Source of the DNA: an uncultured Christensenella sp.
Lineage (GTDB): Bacteria > Bacillota > Clostridia > Christensenellales > Christensenellaceae
Length of the DNA stretch: 64,000 bases
Reading direction: 5' to 3'
Assembly (NCBI GenBank): GCA_964494645.1
Contig: CAZBSH010000001.1
Coordinates: forward strand, 52,627 to 116,626
The notes under the pieces are model-generated. The model had not been told where the DNA came from. It ran no database searches and worked only from the letters and a program-made list of their open reading frames with translations. The position numbers and the translations under genes are program-made. Positions 20,723-30,414 of the stretch are shown piece after piece. Each line of letters starts with the position of its first letter. Positions within the stretch are counted from its first letter, which is position 1.

Positions 20723-21997
20723 TTGAGATATGGTAAAATATCTTTACTGACAGATCAGGTGGATCACATTAACTACGGAGATGTCGTACAGGATTTTGCG
20801 TGTGAATATTTATTAAGTTTAATAGGCATCCAACAAGAAGAAATGATTGAAATACCGATTGCGCAGTCTGCATCTTATGATGGCGAGTATGTGATCGTTC
20901 CGATTTATAATGCAATGCTAGATGGATACTATTCCGGGGAGCATCGGTTTTCCGAAAGGATTATCCCGGTGTTTTTAGGTTTTACCACCGATCTTGCTTG
21001 TCTGCCCAATGAGATGTGCGCTTATTTGAAAAGATACGAACCCATTGGGTGTAGGGATGAATATACGTTTCGTTTGTTAAGGCGATACGGTATTTACGCA
21101 TATATGGGCGGTTGTATTACAACGATTCTCCCTTCGCGTGACCATACGCCTGAAAAACCAAGCGTTTTTCTGGTGGATGTACCAAGAGAGCTGATCCCTC
21201 ATATCCCGCAACAGTATCATTCAGTGACGAAGGAAATCACACAAACGGCAACGTTTCCTATGACGCAGGATACGCAAGAGCAACGTCGGAAGATCAGGGA
21301 AGCCGCGCGAGCATTCTATCAAAAGTATCACGATGAAGCGACGCTGGTTGTTACTTCAAAACTACATTCCGCACTTCCGTGTTTGGCAATGGGCATTCCG
21401 CTGATTTTGGCGAGAGACGAGATGTGGAAGACGTTCACCTTTGTGGACGCATATACAAATATTTATTTAGAAGAGGAATTTGGGAAGATTAATTGGAACC
21501 CGGAACCGATAGCGTGGGATAAAATCCGTGAGCAGAGTCTGCAGGTGTTTAAAAAACGATTATTAGAAGCGCAGGAACGGTTTGGCACAATTTGTGACCT
21601 TAGTTTTTTTTATGAAACAAGAAACAAGAAGTATACTGCGAGCGACTTTGAAGAACGTATCGAGAGTTTAGTAGCTTGCATCAGGCAAAACAAATCACAA
21701 GATTTTAAGTACATTATTTGGGGCGCGGGAGTACGTGGACATATGGTGTATGCTCGTTTGAAAAACGAGTTTCCCCAAGCTTCATTTTTGACATATGTAG
21801 ACGGATTAAAGCAAGGGAAGTTGGATGATGTCGAAATTAAAGGCATCGATGAAATTGAGCGACATCAGGATGCATATATTATTATATGTAATAATACCGG
21901 CGAACAAGAAGCGGTAGAAAAAATGGAGAAAATGGGAAAAGAATATAAAAAAGATTATTTTTCTACGAATAAAAAGAAAGACATGGGCAGTATATGA
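20723..21997 (+). CDS. Polysaccharide pyruvyl transferase family protein
   Basis: NYGDVVQ, PIGCRD and VVTSKLHSALPCLAMG, plus a C-terminal WGAG domain. Confidence 0.75.
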   Translation: MRYGKISLLTDQVDHINYGDVVQDFACEYLLSLIGIQQEEMIEIPIAQSASYDGEYVIVPIYNAMLDGYYSGEHRFSERIIPVFLGFTTDLACLPNEMCAYLKRYEPIGCRDEYTFRLLRRYGIYAYMGGCITTILPSRDHTPEKPSVFLVDVPRELIPHIPQQYHSVTKEITQTATFPMTQDTQEQRRKIREAARAFYQKYHDEATLVVTSKLHSALPCLAMGIPLILARDEMWKTFTFVDAYTNIYLEEEFGKINWNPEPIAWDKIREQSLQVFKKRLLEAQERFGTICDLSFFYETRNKKYTASDFEERIESLVACIRQNKSQDFKYIIWGAGVRGHMVYARLKNEFPQASFLTYVDGLKQGKLDDVEIKGIDEIERHQDAYIIICNNTGEQEAVEKMEKMGKEYKKDYFSTNKKKDMGSI

Positions 21998-23001
21998 AAG
22001 CTAAGATACAGGCGAAGATGGATTTATCCAACAGGACGCGTTTGGAGACGGTTATTCCGTTGAAAACACCCTATACGATTACAATCGAACCGACCAATCT
22101 TTGTAATTTAAGATGTGTTTTTTGCTACCAGCATAATAAGACCGCGATGAAAGAAGCCGAGTTGCAGATGGGATACATGGATTTCGATTTGTATAAAAAG
22201 ACGATTGATGGGATGAAAAACTTTCCTCAAAAAGTGAAGAAACTGAAATTTGGTGGTTTTGGAGAGCCCTTGCTGCATCCCGAGTTTCCCAAGATGATAG
22301 AATACGCGAAGAGGTGTGGAGTTGCGGAGAAGATTGATCTCTTTACAAACGGTCTGCTTTTGACGAAGCAAAAAAGCCTTGATTTGGTGAACGCAGGTTT
22401 GGATTGGATGAATGTTTCCGTCAACGGGATCAGTGCGGAAGATTATCAAAAAAATTGTAATGCTACAATAAATATGGAGCAATTTCTTTCGGAGTTGTCG
22501 TATTTATATGATAATCGCAAACAATTGTTTGTTTATGTAAAATTGGGAGACAATGGGTATACCGATCAGCAAAAGCAGCAATTTTATAATATGTTTGGCG
22601 ATATATGCGACGAAATATATATTGAACCGATCGCGCAGAATGTGTGGGTCGATATTGATTCTCACTCTGAAAATAACGAAACGGACATTGCGGGGAATGC
22701 TGTAGCGTATCGACATGTTTGCACAATGATTTTTACAAGTCTTATTTTAACCAGCAACGGACAAGCGGTGGCATGTTGCGCTGATTGGAAGAAAAAATAT
22801 GTGATTGGAGATGTAAGGGAGCAGAGTATACAAGAAATATGGAATGGTGAGCCGCTGAGAAAGCTTAGAGTGATCAATCTTTTGAAGCAAAGAAATCAAT
22901 ATGATCTTTGTAAAGACTGTAACATCCCGATGGTATTCACGCCGGATGATGTGGATGCGTATGCGGAAGAACTGCTTAAGAAATTCGAGGTGCAAAATTG
23001 A
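21994..23001 (+). CDS. Radical SAM protein with SPASM/twitch domain
   Basis: CNLRCVFC (CxxxCxxC), GEPLLHP and C-terminal C..CCADW..CKDC. Confidence 0.9.
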   Translation: MKAKIQAKMDLSNRTRLETVIPLKTPYTITIEPTNLCNLRCVFCYQHNKTAMKEAELQMGYMDFDLYKKTIDGMKNFPQKVKKLKFGGFGEPLLHPEFPKMIEYAKRCGVAEKIDLFTNGLLLTKQKSLDLVNAGLDWMNVSVNGISAEDYQKNCNATINMEQFLSELSYLYDNRKQLFVYVKLGDNGYTDQQKQQFYNMFGDICDEIYIEPIAQNVWVDIDSHSENNETDIAGNAVAYRHVCTMIFTSLILTSNGQAVACCADWKKKYVIGDVREQSIQEIWNGEPLRKLRVINLLKQRNQYDLCKDCNIPMVFTPDDVDAYAEELLKKFEVQN

Positions 23002-23975
23002 AAGTATTAGTCACAGGTGCCGATGGGTTCATTGGAAGCCACTTAACGCAGCAGCTTTTATATGCAGGGCATGAAGTAACAGCCTTCGTATATTATAATT
23101 CTTTTAATTCTTATGGCTGGGTGGATACCTTTTCAAAAGAAGAGTTGTCACAGATCAATGTGATTGCCGGGGATATACGTGATCCGTATTTTGTGAAGCA
23201 TTCCATGAAAGATATGGACTGTGTATTTCATTTAGCGGCGCTCATTGCAATCCCGTTCAGTTACACTGCGCCGGATGCTTATGTTGATACGAACATAAAG
23301 GGAACGCTTAATATTTTAAATGCCGCAAGAGAGTTGGAGACAAAAAGGATATTGGTAACTTCGACTTCCGAAGTTTACGGAACGGCACAGTTTGTTCCGA
23401 TCACTGAGCAACATCCATTTCAGGGACAATCGCCTTATTCTGCGTCAAAAATTGGCGCGGATAGAATGGCGGAAGCATATTATAGAAGTTTTGATATACC
23501 GGTCACGATTGTACGGCCATTTAACACTTACGGACCGAGGCAGTCCGCGCGAGCGGTCATACCAACTATTATTTCGCAGTTGCTTGCAGGCAAAACCGAG
23601 ATCAAGTTAGGGGCGCTGACACCGACGCGGGATTTTGTTTTTGTCAAGGACACCGCACAAGGTTTCATGGAGCTTGCAGCATGTGATGCGGCAATCGGTA
23701 AAGAAGTGAATATTGCGACCGGGTATGAAATATCGATCGGCGAGTTGGCGCGCGAAATGATTACGCAAATTAATCCATCTGCGGAAATTGTGTGTGATGA
23801 ACAAAGGTTAAGACCAAAGAACAGCGAAGTGGAAAGATTATTAGGCGACAATTCTTTGTTATATTCGCTTACTCAATTTAAGCCGGAGATAACGATCAGT
23901 CAAGGGATAGAGCAAACCATCGCATTTATCCGAGAGCATCAGGATCGATATAAGAGCGATATCTATAATGTGTGA
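22998..23975 (+). CDS. legB: NDP-GlcNAc 4,6-dehydratase (LegB-like)
   Basis: VTGADGFIGSHL, HLAALIAIPFSY, TSTSEVYG and RPFNTYGPRQSARA. Confidence 0.85.
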   Translation: MKVLVTGADGFIGSHLTQQLLYAGHEVTAFVYYNSFNSYGWVDTFSKEELSQINVIAGDIRDPYFVKHSMKDMDCVFHLAALIAIPFSYTAPDAYVDTNIKGTLNILNAARELETKRILVTSTSEVYGTAQFVPITEQHPFQGQSPYSASKIGADRMAEAYYRSFDIPVTIVRPFNTYGPRQSARAVIPTIISQLLAGKTEIKLGALTPTRDFVFVKDTAQGFMELAACDAAIGKEVNIATGYEISIGELAREMITQINPSAEIVCDEQRLRPKNSEVERLLGDNSLLYSLTQFKPEITISQGIEQTIAFIREHQDRYKSDIYNV

Positions 23976-25123
23976 GGTATGAAATGATCCCATTGTGTGT
24001 GCCAAATCTGGCGGAGAATGAAAAAAAATATTTGGATGAATGCGTGGATTCAACTTTTGTTTCAAGCGTGGGACCGTTTGTAGGACAGTTCGAACGCGAA
24101 ATTGCAAAAGCTGCGGGAGTTCCTTATGCGATGGCAACTTCGGCGGGGACAACAGCCTTGCATATCGCGTTGGTGGCATGCGGCGTTAAAAGAGACGATT
24201 TGGTGATCATTCCGTCGTATACCTTTATTGCGACTGCGAATGCGGTTGCGCATTGTGGTGCGCAACCGCTTTTGGTAGACATGGAGCGATCTAGTTGGAC
24301 GATGGATGTTTCTCTTTTGGAAGAGGAGCTTGGGAAAAATACAGAAATTAGAAATGAGCAGGTGATTTATTGCCCAACAGGGCAGCGGATTGCGGCAATA
24401 ATGCCTGTGTATACGCTGGGTAATGTAGCGAAAATGGATATACTGAGTGGGCTTGCGCAGCAGTATGGTCTGCCGGTGATTGCAGACGCCGCAGCGGCAA
24501 TCGGTGCGACCGATCGGGGCAGACCGATTGGAGAGCTGGCAACCGCCACTGTATTTTCGTTCAATGGGAATAAAACAATTACGAGCGGCGGCGGCGGAGC
24601 GGTGGTGAGCGCAGATCAGGCACTTTCAGAGCGAATCAGGCATTTGCTTTCTACTGCGCGAATTGGGACAGAATATACGCATGATATGGTTGGATATAAT
24701 TATCGCATGACCAATATTGCAGCGGCTGTCGGTTTGGCGCAAATTGAACAGCTTGATAAATTTGTTGCCAAGAAAAGGGAAATTCGTTCATTTTATAATG
24801 ATGCGTTCAAAGACTCCGAAAAATGCGAATTATTTCCAGATCAGGATGGTGAAAGTGTATGCTGGTTTTCCGGAATTTTGTTGGAAAGCGAGACGGCGGT
24901 GCGACACTTGTGTAAGGTGCTTGCTGCACATGAAATAGAAGCACGAACATTTTGGAAACCTATGCATTTGCAGCCGCCATATAAAGACTGTATGCGTACC
25001 GGCATGGATTGCTGCGAAAACCTTTGGAGCAGGGTGCTGACGCTGCCGTGTTCTACGGGCATTACATACGAGGAACTCGAGAAAGTTTGCGCTGCGGTAA
25101 AAGAAGGAATGAAAGTGTTATGA
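23972..25123 (+). CDS. legC: DegT/DnrJ aminotransferase (LegC-like)
   Basis: FVSSVG, TFIATANA, SFNGNKTITSGGGG and GYNYRMTN. Confidence 0.85.
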   Translation: MRYEMIPLCVPNLAENEKKYLDECVDSTFVSSVGPFVGQFEREIAKAAGVPYAMATSAGTTALHIALVACGVKRDDLVIIPSYTFIATANAVAHCGAQPLLVDMERSSWTMDVSLLEEELGKNTEIRNEQVIYCPTGQRIAAIMPVYTLGNVAKMDILSGLAQQYGLPVIADAAAAIGATDRGRPIGELATATVFSFNGNKTITSGGGGAVVSADQALSERIRHLLSTARIGTEYTHDMVGYNYRMTNIAAAVGLAQIEQLDKFVAKKREIRSFYNDAFKDSEKCELFPDQDGESVCWFSGILLESETAVRHLCKVLAAHEIEARTFWKPMHLQPPYKDCMRTGMDCCENLWSRVLTLPCSTGITYEELEKVCAAVKEGMKVL

Positions 25124-26172
25124 AAACAGAGCGAAGCAAATATGTGGTATCGCCGGAAATATCAGTACGAGAAGCAATACAGGCGATTGAAGCGAATGGG
25201 AAAAAGGCAGTTTTTGTGCTGGATGACGATAGCATTTTACTGGGATTATTTTCGGATGGCGATATGCGGAAATATATTCTAAAGGGTGGCGATCTTAGTG
25301 CGCCTGTAAAGAATGCCATGAATCAGCATCCGATTGTATATCGCGATAGAGATATTATGCTGCAGGAGATGAAATATGAGCGCAGGGTGGTTTTTCCATT
25401 GGTTGACGAACAAAACCACTTGGTGGACGCGGTTTTTTGGAATGATTTTGAGAAAAAAACAGTCTCCAGGTCGCTATCGGAAATACCGCTTGTGATTATG
25501 GCCGGGGGGAAAGGGACAAGACTGAAACCGTACACGAATATTTTGCCGAAGGCGCTGGTCCCGATTGGAGATGTTACGATTACAGAGCGTATTATCAACC
25601 AATTTCTTAATTATGGGTGCAAAAATGTTTCCATTATACTGAATCATAAAAAAAATATGATCAAAGCATATTTTAATGAAGTTGAGAAGGTTTATGATAT
25701 GCACTATGTGGAGGAAGAAGAACCGCTTGGAACCGGCGGCGGGATCGGATTGCTTCGTGACAGTATGGAAGGGAGTTTTTTTGTATCAAATTGTGATATT
25801 TTGGTGGATACGGATTATGGTTATTTATATAACTATCATAAAGAAAAAGGGAATAAGATTACCGTTGTATGTGCGATGAAAAATGTGATAATGCCCTATG
25901 GTATTATGGTGCTTGATGAAAATGAATGTATCAAAGACATTGCCGAAAAACCAACACAATCGTTTTTGACCAACACAGGTTTTTATTTGTTGGAACCGGA
26001 CGTTTTTTCATATATTGAAGAAAATGAGAAAATTGATATTACAGGCGTTATTTTGCGAATGTCGCGCGCGGGTGAAAAGGTGGGGGTTTATCCTGTTTCG
26101 GAAAAATGCTGGATGGATATGGGACAGATCGGTGAGATGGAGCGTATGTTAAAAGAGTTAGGGGAACTATGA
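25120..26172 (+). CDS. CBS-domain nucleotidyltransferase (PtmE-like)
   Basis: N-terminal CBS pair (SDGDMRK) followed by IMAGGKGTRLKPYT..PKAL. ATGA overlap with legC. Confidence 0.82.
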   Translation: MKTERSKYVVSPEISVREAIQAIEANGKKAVFVLDDDSILLGLFSDGDMRKYILKGGDLSAPVKNAMNQHPIVYRDRDIMLQEMKYERRVVFPLVDEQNHLVDAVFWNDFEKKTVSRSLSEIPLVIMAGGKGTRLKPYTNILPKALVPIGDVTITERIINQFLNYGCKNVSIILNHKKNMIKAYFNEVEKVYDMHYVEEEEPLGTGGGIGLLRDSMEGSFFVSNCDILVDTDYGYLYNYHKEKGNKITVVCAMKNVIMPYGIMVLDENECIKDIAEKPTQSFLTNTGFYLLEPDVFSYIEENEKIDITGVILRMSRAGEKVGVYPVSEKCWMDMGQIGEMERMLKELGEL

Positions 26173-26813
26173 AACAAGGAATTATTGTGTTTGGATGTGG
26201 GGATCACGCAAAAAGTGTGATTGACTGTATAAAGACGCAGAACATGTATGATATTGCCGCGATTGTGGGAAGTGATGAAGACGTTGGGCGAACAGTATGT
26301 GGGATGGAAATATGTTATACAGACGACGATTTGAGCACGCTTTTTGATCAGGGAATCCGTAAAGCTTTTGTAGCAATTGGAAGTATTGAGTGTGCTCCTG
26401 TTCGTAAGAAAGTTTGGAACAAAGCGAAGCAAGAAGGATTTTCCTTTGTGAATATTATCGATAAAAGCGCGATTGTTTCTTCAAGTGTACTTTTAGGAGA
26501 AGGAATATTGATCGGAAAGGGTTGTGTGGTCAATGCGGATGCGGAGATTGGCAATATGGCAATCCTGAATTCCGGAAGTGTTGTGGAGCATGATTGTAAA
26601 ATTGGTTGTTTTACACATATTGCGCCGGGAGCGGTATTGTGTGGCCGTGTAGAGATAGGGAATGGGACGTTTATTGGTGCAAATTCAACAATAGCACATT
26701 GTATCAGGGTTGGGAATGATTCTTTGATTGGTGCAGGAAGCGTTGTAATCAAGAATATTGGAGACCATAAAAGGGCATATGGAAATCCATGCAGGGAGAC
26801 AGGCATATATTGA
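26169..26813 (+). CDS. NeuD/PglD-family hexapeptide acetyltransferase
   Basis: GCGDHAKSV, VEHDC and left-handed beta-helix repeats. Confidence 0.85.
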   Translation: MKQGIIVFGCGDHAKSVIDCIKTQNMYDIAAIVGSDEDVGRTVCGMEICYTDDDLSTLFDQGIRKAFVAIGSIECAPVRKKVWNKAKQEGFSFVNIIDKSAIVSSSVLLGEGILIGKGCVVNADAEIGNMAILNSGSVVEHDCKIGCFTHIAPGAVLCGRVEIGNGTFIGANSTIAHCIRVGNDSLIGAGSVVIKNIGDHKRAYGNPCRETGIY

Positions 26814-27808
26814 AGACGTATATGATTGCCGAAGCGGGCGTAAACCATAACGGTGATATAAGAATTGCTAAAAAAATGATTGAAGCTGCGAAACAATCGG
26901 GAGCGTCTTGTGTTAAGTTTCAAAGTTTTACAGCTGATGAACTTGTAGCAGAAAAGGCTCAAAAAGCAAAGTATCAAATAAGGAACTGTTCTGATAAAGA
27001 TGAAAGCCAATACCAAATGTTGAAGCAGTATGAAATGACTTATGAAATGCATTTGGAATTATTGGAATACTGTAAGTTGAACGAAATCGACTTTTTATCG
27101 ACAGCATTTGGAATGCAGAGCATTGCATTGCTTGAGCGACTTAACTTGCCTAAATGGAAAATTCCTTCGGGGGAAATTACCAACTATCCGTATTTAAGGC
27201 GCATCGGAAGGAGTACAAAACCGATATTGCTTTCGACGGGAATGTGTTTTTTAGAGGAGATTGATCAGGCGATTGCGGTGCTGGAGGCAGACGGGAAAAA
27301 GGATATTACGTTGTTGCATTGTAATACGCAATACCCTACACCTCCGGAGGATGTGAACTTAAGCGCGATGCTGACGCTAAGGAAAAAGTTTGGTCGTGCG
27401 GTGGGCTACTCTGATCATAGCGCGGGCATGGAAGCGGCTATAGCCGCTGTTGCGCTGGGAGCGAGCGTTGTTGAAAAACACTTTACTTTGGATCGCAATA
27501 TGGCAGGACCGGATCATCAAGCGAGCGTAGAACCCAAAGAGTTGGAGCAATTGGTATGTGCGATCCGACGAGTGGAAGCGGAACTTGGTGACGGCGAAAA
27601 GCGTGTGACGGACTCAGAGCGAGAGAATATTGATGTTGTGCGTAAAAGCATTGTTGCCGCGTGTGATATAAAGAAAGGCGAAGCTTTTTCAGAAGAAAAC
27701 CTTACGACAAAACGACCGGGGAGCGGGGTCTCGCCGATGATGTGGAATGATGTTTTAGGAAGAACGGCAATACGCGATTTTAGAGAAGATGAGTTGATTG
27801 AGATATGA
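26810..27808 (+). CDS. neuB: Nonulosonic acid synthase (NeuB/LegI)
   Basis: IAEAGVNHNGD, KIPSGEITN, GYSDHS, EKHFTLD and a C-terminal SAF domain. TTG start overlaps the upstream stop. Confidence 0.92.
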   Translation: MKTYMIAEAGVNHNGDIRIAKKMIEAAKQSGASCVKFQSFTADELVAEKAQKAKYQIRNCSDKDESQYQMLKQYEMTYEMHLELLEYCKLNEIDFLSTAFGMQSIALLERLNLPKWKIPSGEITNYPYLRRIGRSTKPILLSTGMCFLEEIDQAIAVLEADGKKDITLLHCNTQYPTPPEDVNLSAMLTLRKKFGRAVGYSDHSAGMEAAIAAVALGASVVEKHFTLDRNMAGPDHQASVEPKELEQLVCAIRRVEAELGDGEKRVTDSERENIDVVRKSIVAACDIKKGEAFSEENLTTKRPGSGVSPMMWNDVLGRTAIRDFREDELIEI

Positions 27809-28986
27809 AAAAAATTTGTGTGGTCACAGGAACGCGGGCAGAGTATGGTTTGTTGCAAAAACTGATCAAGATGATCGATGAAGATTCGACGCTGGCATTG
27901 CAGCTTGTGGCGACGGGGATGCATCTATCGCCAGAGTTCGGACTCACTTATCGTGAAATAGAAGAAGATGGTTTTTCTATTACGGAAAAAGTGGAAGTAT
28001 TGTTAAGCTCTGATACTGAAGTTGGCATATGTAAGTCGATTGGCTTGGGTGTCGGTGCCTTTGGAGAGGTATTTGCCCGCTTGCAGCCTGATTTGCTTTT
28101 GATTTTAGGAGATCGATTCGAGATATTGTCGGCGGCGATTGCGGGAATGATCCATCGGATTCCGATTGCGCATATACATGGCGGCGAACTGACGCAAGGA
28201 GTGATAGACGACCCGATGAGGCATGCCATCACGAAAATGAGTTTTTTGCATTTTACCAGTACAGAAGAGTATCGGCGCAGGGTTGTTCAGTTAGGTGAGA
28301 ATCCGAGCAGGGTGTTTTATGTGGGAGCGTTGGGTGTTGAGGCGGCGTTGTGCACACCGTTGCTTAGTCAAGATGAATTGGAAAAACAAATGGGATTTCA
28401 TTTTGATCAATGTACGGCAATGGTTACGCTGCACCCGGTGACTTTGGAAGATCATACAGCGCAAAGCGCAGTTGAGCAAATGTTGGCGGCGATAGACGAC
28501 TGTCATGACATGAAATTTATTTTTACAAAAGCGAACGCTGACACAAATGGAAGAATCATCAATGAAATTTTGGAAAAATATGCGGCGGAGCATCCGAAGA
28601 AGGCGGCAATATATACATCTTTAGGAAGAATCCGCTATTTGAGCGCGTTGCGTTATTGCGATATGGTAATTGGAAACTCATCGAGCGGTATATTAGAAGC
28701 ACCATCTTTCGGGATTCCGACGATCAATATTGGCGAAAGACAAAAGGGAAGAGTTACTGGGCAAAGCGTCATCCAATGTGGTACACAAAAAGAGGATATT
28801 TATGCCGCGATCGCATTTGCAAAATCAGCTGAGATGCAGGAACGATTGAAGGACAGTAATAACCCATATGACAAACCGGGTACGTCCCGGTCTGTTTTAA
28901 AAGAAATCAAGAAATATTTGATGTCAGGAGAAAGCGGAACGCAAAAAGTGTTTTATGATATTGATATGGGAGCATACCTAATGTGA
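27805..28986 (+). CDS. neuC: Hydrolysing NDP-sugar 2-epimerase (NeuC/LegG)
   Basis: VTGTRAEYG, LGDRFE, HIHGGE and GNSSSGILEAP. Confidence 0.92.
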   Translation: MKKICVVTGTRAEYGLLQKLIKMIDEDSTLALQLVATGMHLSPEFGLTYREIEEDGFSITEKVEVLLSSDTEVGICKSIGLGVGAFGEVFARLQPDLLLILGDRFEILSAAIAGMIHRIPIAHIHGGELTQGVIDDPMRHAITKMSFLHFTSTEEYRRRVVQLGENPSRVFYVGALGVEAALCTPLLSQDELEKQMGFHFDQCTAMVTLHPVTLEDHTAQSAVEQMLAAIDDCHDMKFIFTKANADTNGRIINEILEKYAAEHPKKAAIYTSLGRIRYLSALRYCDMVIGNSSSGILEAPSFGIPTINIGERQKGRVTGQSVIQCGTQKEDIYAAIAFAKSAEMQERLKDSNNPYDKPGTSRSVLKEIKKYLMSGESGTQKVFYDIDMGAYLM

Positions 28987-29173
28987 GCGTGCGCTTTATA
29001 TGCAGTGGAGAGCAAATCAAGGTGCGGAAGAAGGAAAGCTTGCGAGGCTTGGCGGTTTTGAGAGGTTCTGGGTGTAACGTGGAATATGCGGAAGTAAAAA
29101 GTGAGAATTAGCTTTATATGTGCGTTTTGATGTTTTGCAGGCAAGGATTATATAAGAGGATTGCGATAGATAC

Positions 29174-30388
29174 GTGAATAAATTAGGGATTATAAGGCGC
29201 GGCTTCGCAAAAAATTTATCACTGAATGTATTGGCTGTTGTGATCATGAACCTTGTGATCCAGTTTGTTGTATACCCATATTTGAATAAGGTTTTAGGCG
29301 AGGATCAATTTGGCGTTGTTTTGTATCTGATGTCTATTGTGGCGATCTTGGCGGGGTCGCTTGGCGGGGCGATCAATAATGTACGTTTGGTGACAAAGCC
29401 AAAATATGAAAGCAAAAACGGGGACTATAACTCTATTCTTTTGATATTTTGTGTCGTATCATGTGTGGGGGCGTTGATCGCTCTTAACGTGCTGAACCAA
29501 CTGACACTCGTGAATGCGCTGTTTTTTTGTTTATTGATGATATTGACGCTGATGCGTTATTATTCGGATGTTGCCTTTCGTATTAATCTAAATTTTAAAA
29601 TGTATTTTTTGTTCTACCTTATGGTCTCGGCGGGGTATCTTTTAGGAGTTGCTTTGTTTGAGGGCATTGCAATTTGGTACATTGTGCTGATCCCGGGAGA
29701 GCTTTTGGCGATTTTGTTTGTGGTCTGGAAGGGGAGTATCTATCGCCAGCCTTTCGCATATTCGGAAAATCGGAAAAGGGTATGGAAGGATATTTGTATT
29801 GTCGCGCTTTCTTATTTAATCAGCAATTTTTTCTTGAACATGGATCGAATCGTTCTATTAAATGTGTTAGGCGGAGACGCAGTAACAACATTTTACACAG
29901 CTTCTGTGCTGGGAAAGACGCTTGCGTTGCTGATTGGACCATTGACGGGAGTGCTGGTATCGTACCTTGCGAATTATCAGGGGGAATTAGGAAAGAAGTC
30001 TTATCGGAAGGCAACGGTATTGACGATAGTTCTTTCGGCAATCGCTTTTTTTGTCTGCGTTCTCGTGTCTCCGTGGCTGATCCAACTGCTTTATCCCAAT
30101 GTGTATGAGCAGGCGAAAGGGTTGATTGTCGTGGGTACGCTCGGGCAGGTGGTGTTTTTTGCATCCAGCCTTCTCTTGGCGATCATATTGCGGTTTTATC
30201 ATGCGAAGCATCAGTTTACGATACAGGCTGTTTATGGTATACTGTATGTTCTGTTGGCGATTCCCGCAACATGGTTCTTTGGTTTGTATGGTTTTGCTTA
30301 TGCGACATTGGCAGCGAATGTGCTGAGACTTGGCATGGTCGTGATGGTAGGAATGAAAAATGCATCTGTTTCGGCAGTTTTACAATGA
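29174..30388 (+). CDS. Wzx-like oligosaccharide flippase / polysaccharide export membrane protein
   Basis: About 12 TM segments. YPYLNKVLG..QFG and MDRIVL patterns of the MOP superfamily. Confidence 0.7.
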   Translation: MNKLGIIRRGFAKNLSLNVLAVVIMNLVIQFVVYPYLNKVLGEDQFGVVLYLMSIVAILAGSLGGAINNVRLVTKPKYESKNGDYNSILLIFCVVSCVGALIALNVLNQLTLVNALFFCLLMILTLMRYYSDVAFRINLNFKMYFLFYLMVSAGYLLGVALFEGIAIWYIVLIPGELLAILFVVWKGSIYRQPFAYSENRKRVWKDICIVALSYLISNFFLNMDRIVLLNVLGGDAVTTFYTASVLGKTLALLIGPLTGVLVSYLANYQGELGKKSYRKATVLTIVLSAIAFFVCVLVSPWLIQLLYPNVYEQAKGLIVVGTLGQVVFFASSLLLAIILRFYHAKHQFTIQAVYGILYVLLAIPATWFFGLYGFAYATLAANVLRLGMVVMVGMKNASVSAVLQ

Positions 30389-30414
30389 TGGTGTTTGAGA
30401 GGAGTGTATGATAT

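Noticed and set aside
28983-29111. 42-codon GTG ORF overlapping the neuC stop, considered as a neuA remnant
   Set aside because: It shows no resemblance to the NeuA N-terminal IPARGGSK motif and cannot be supported as a gene.
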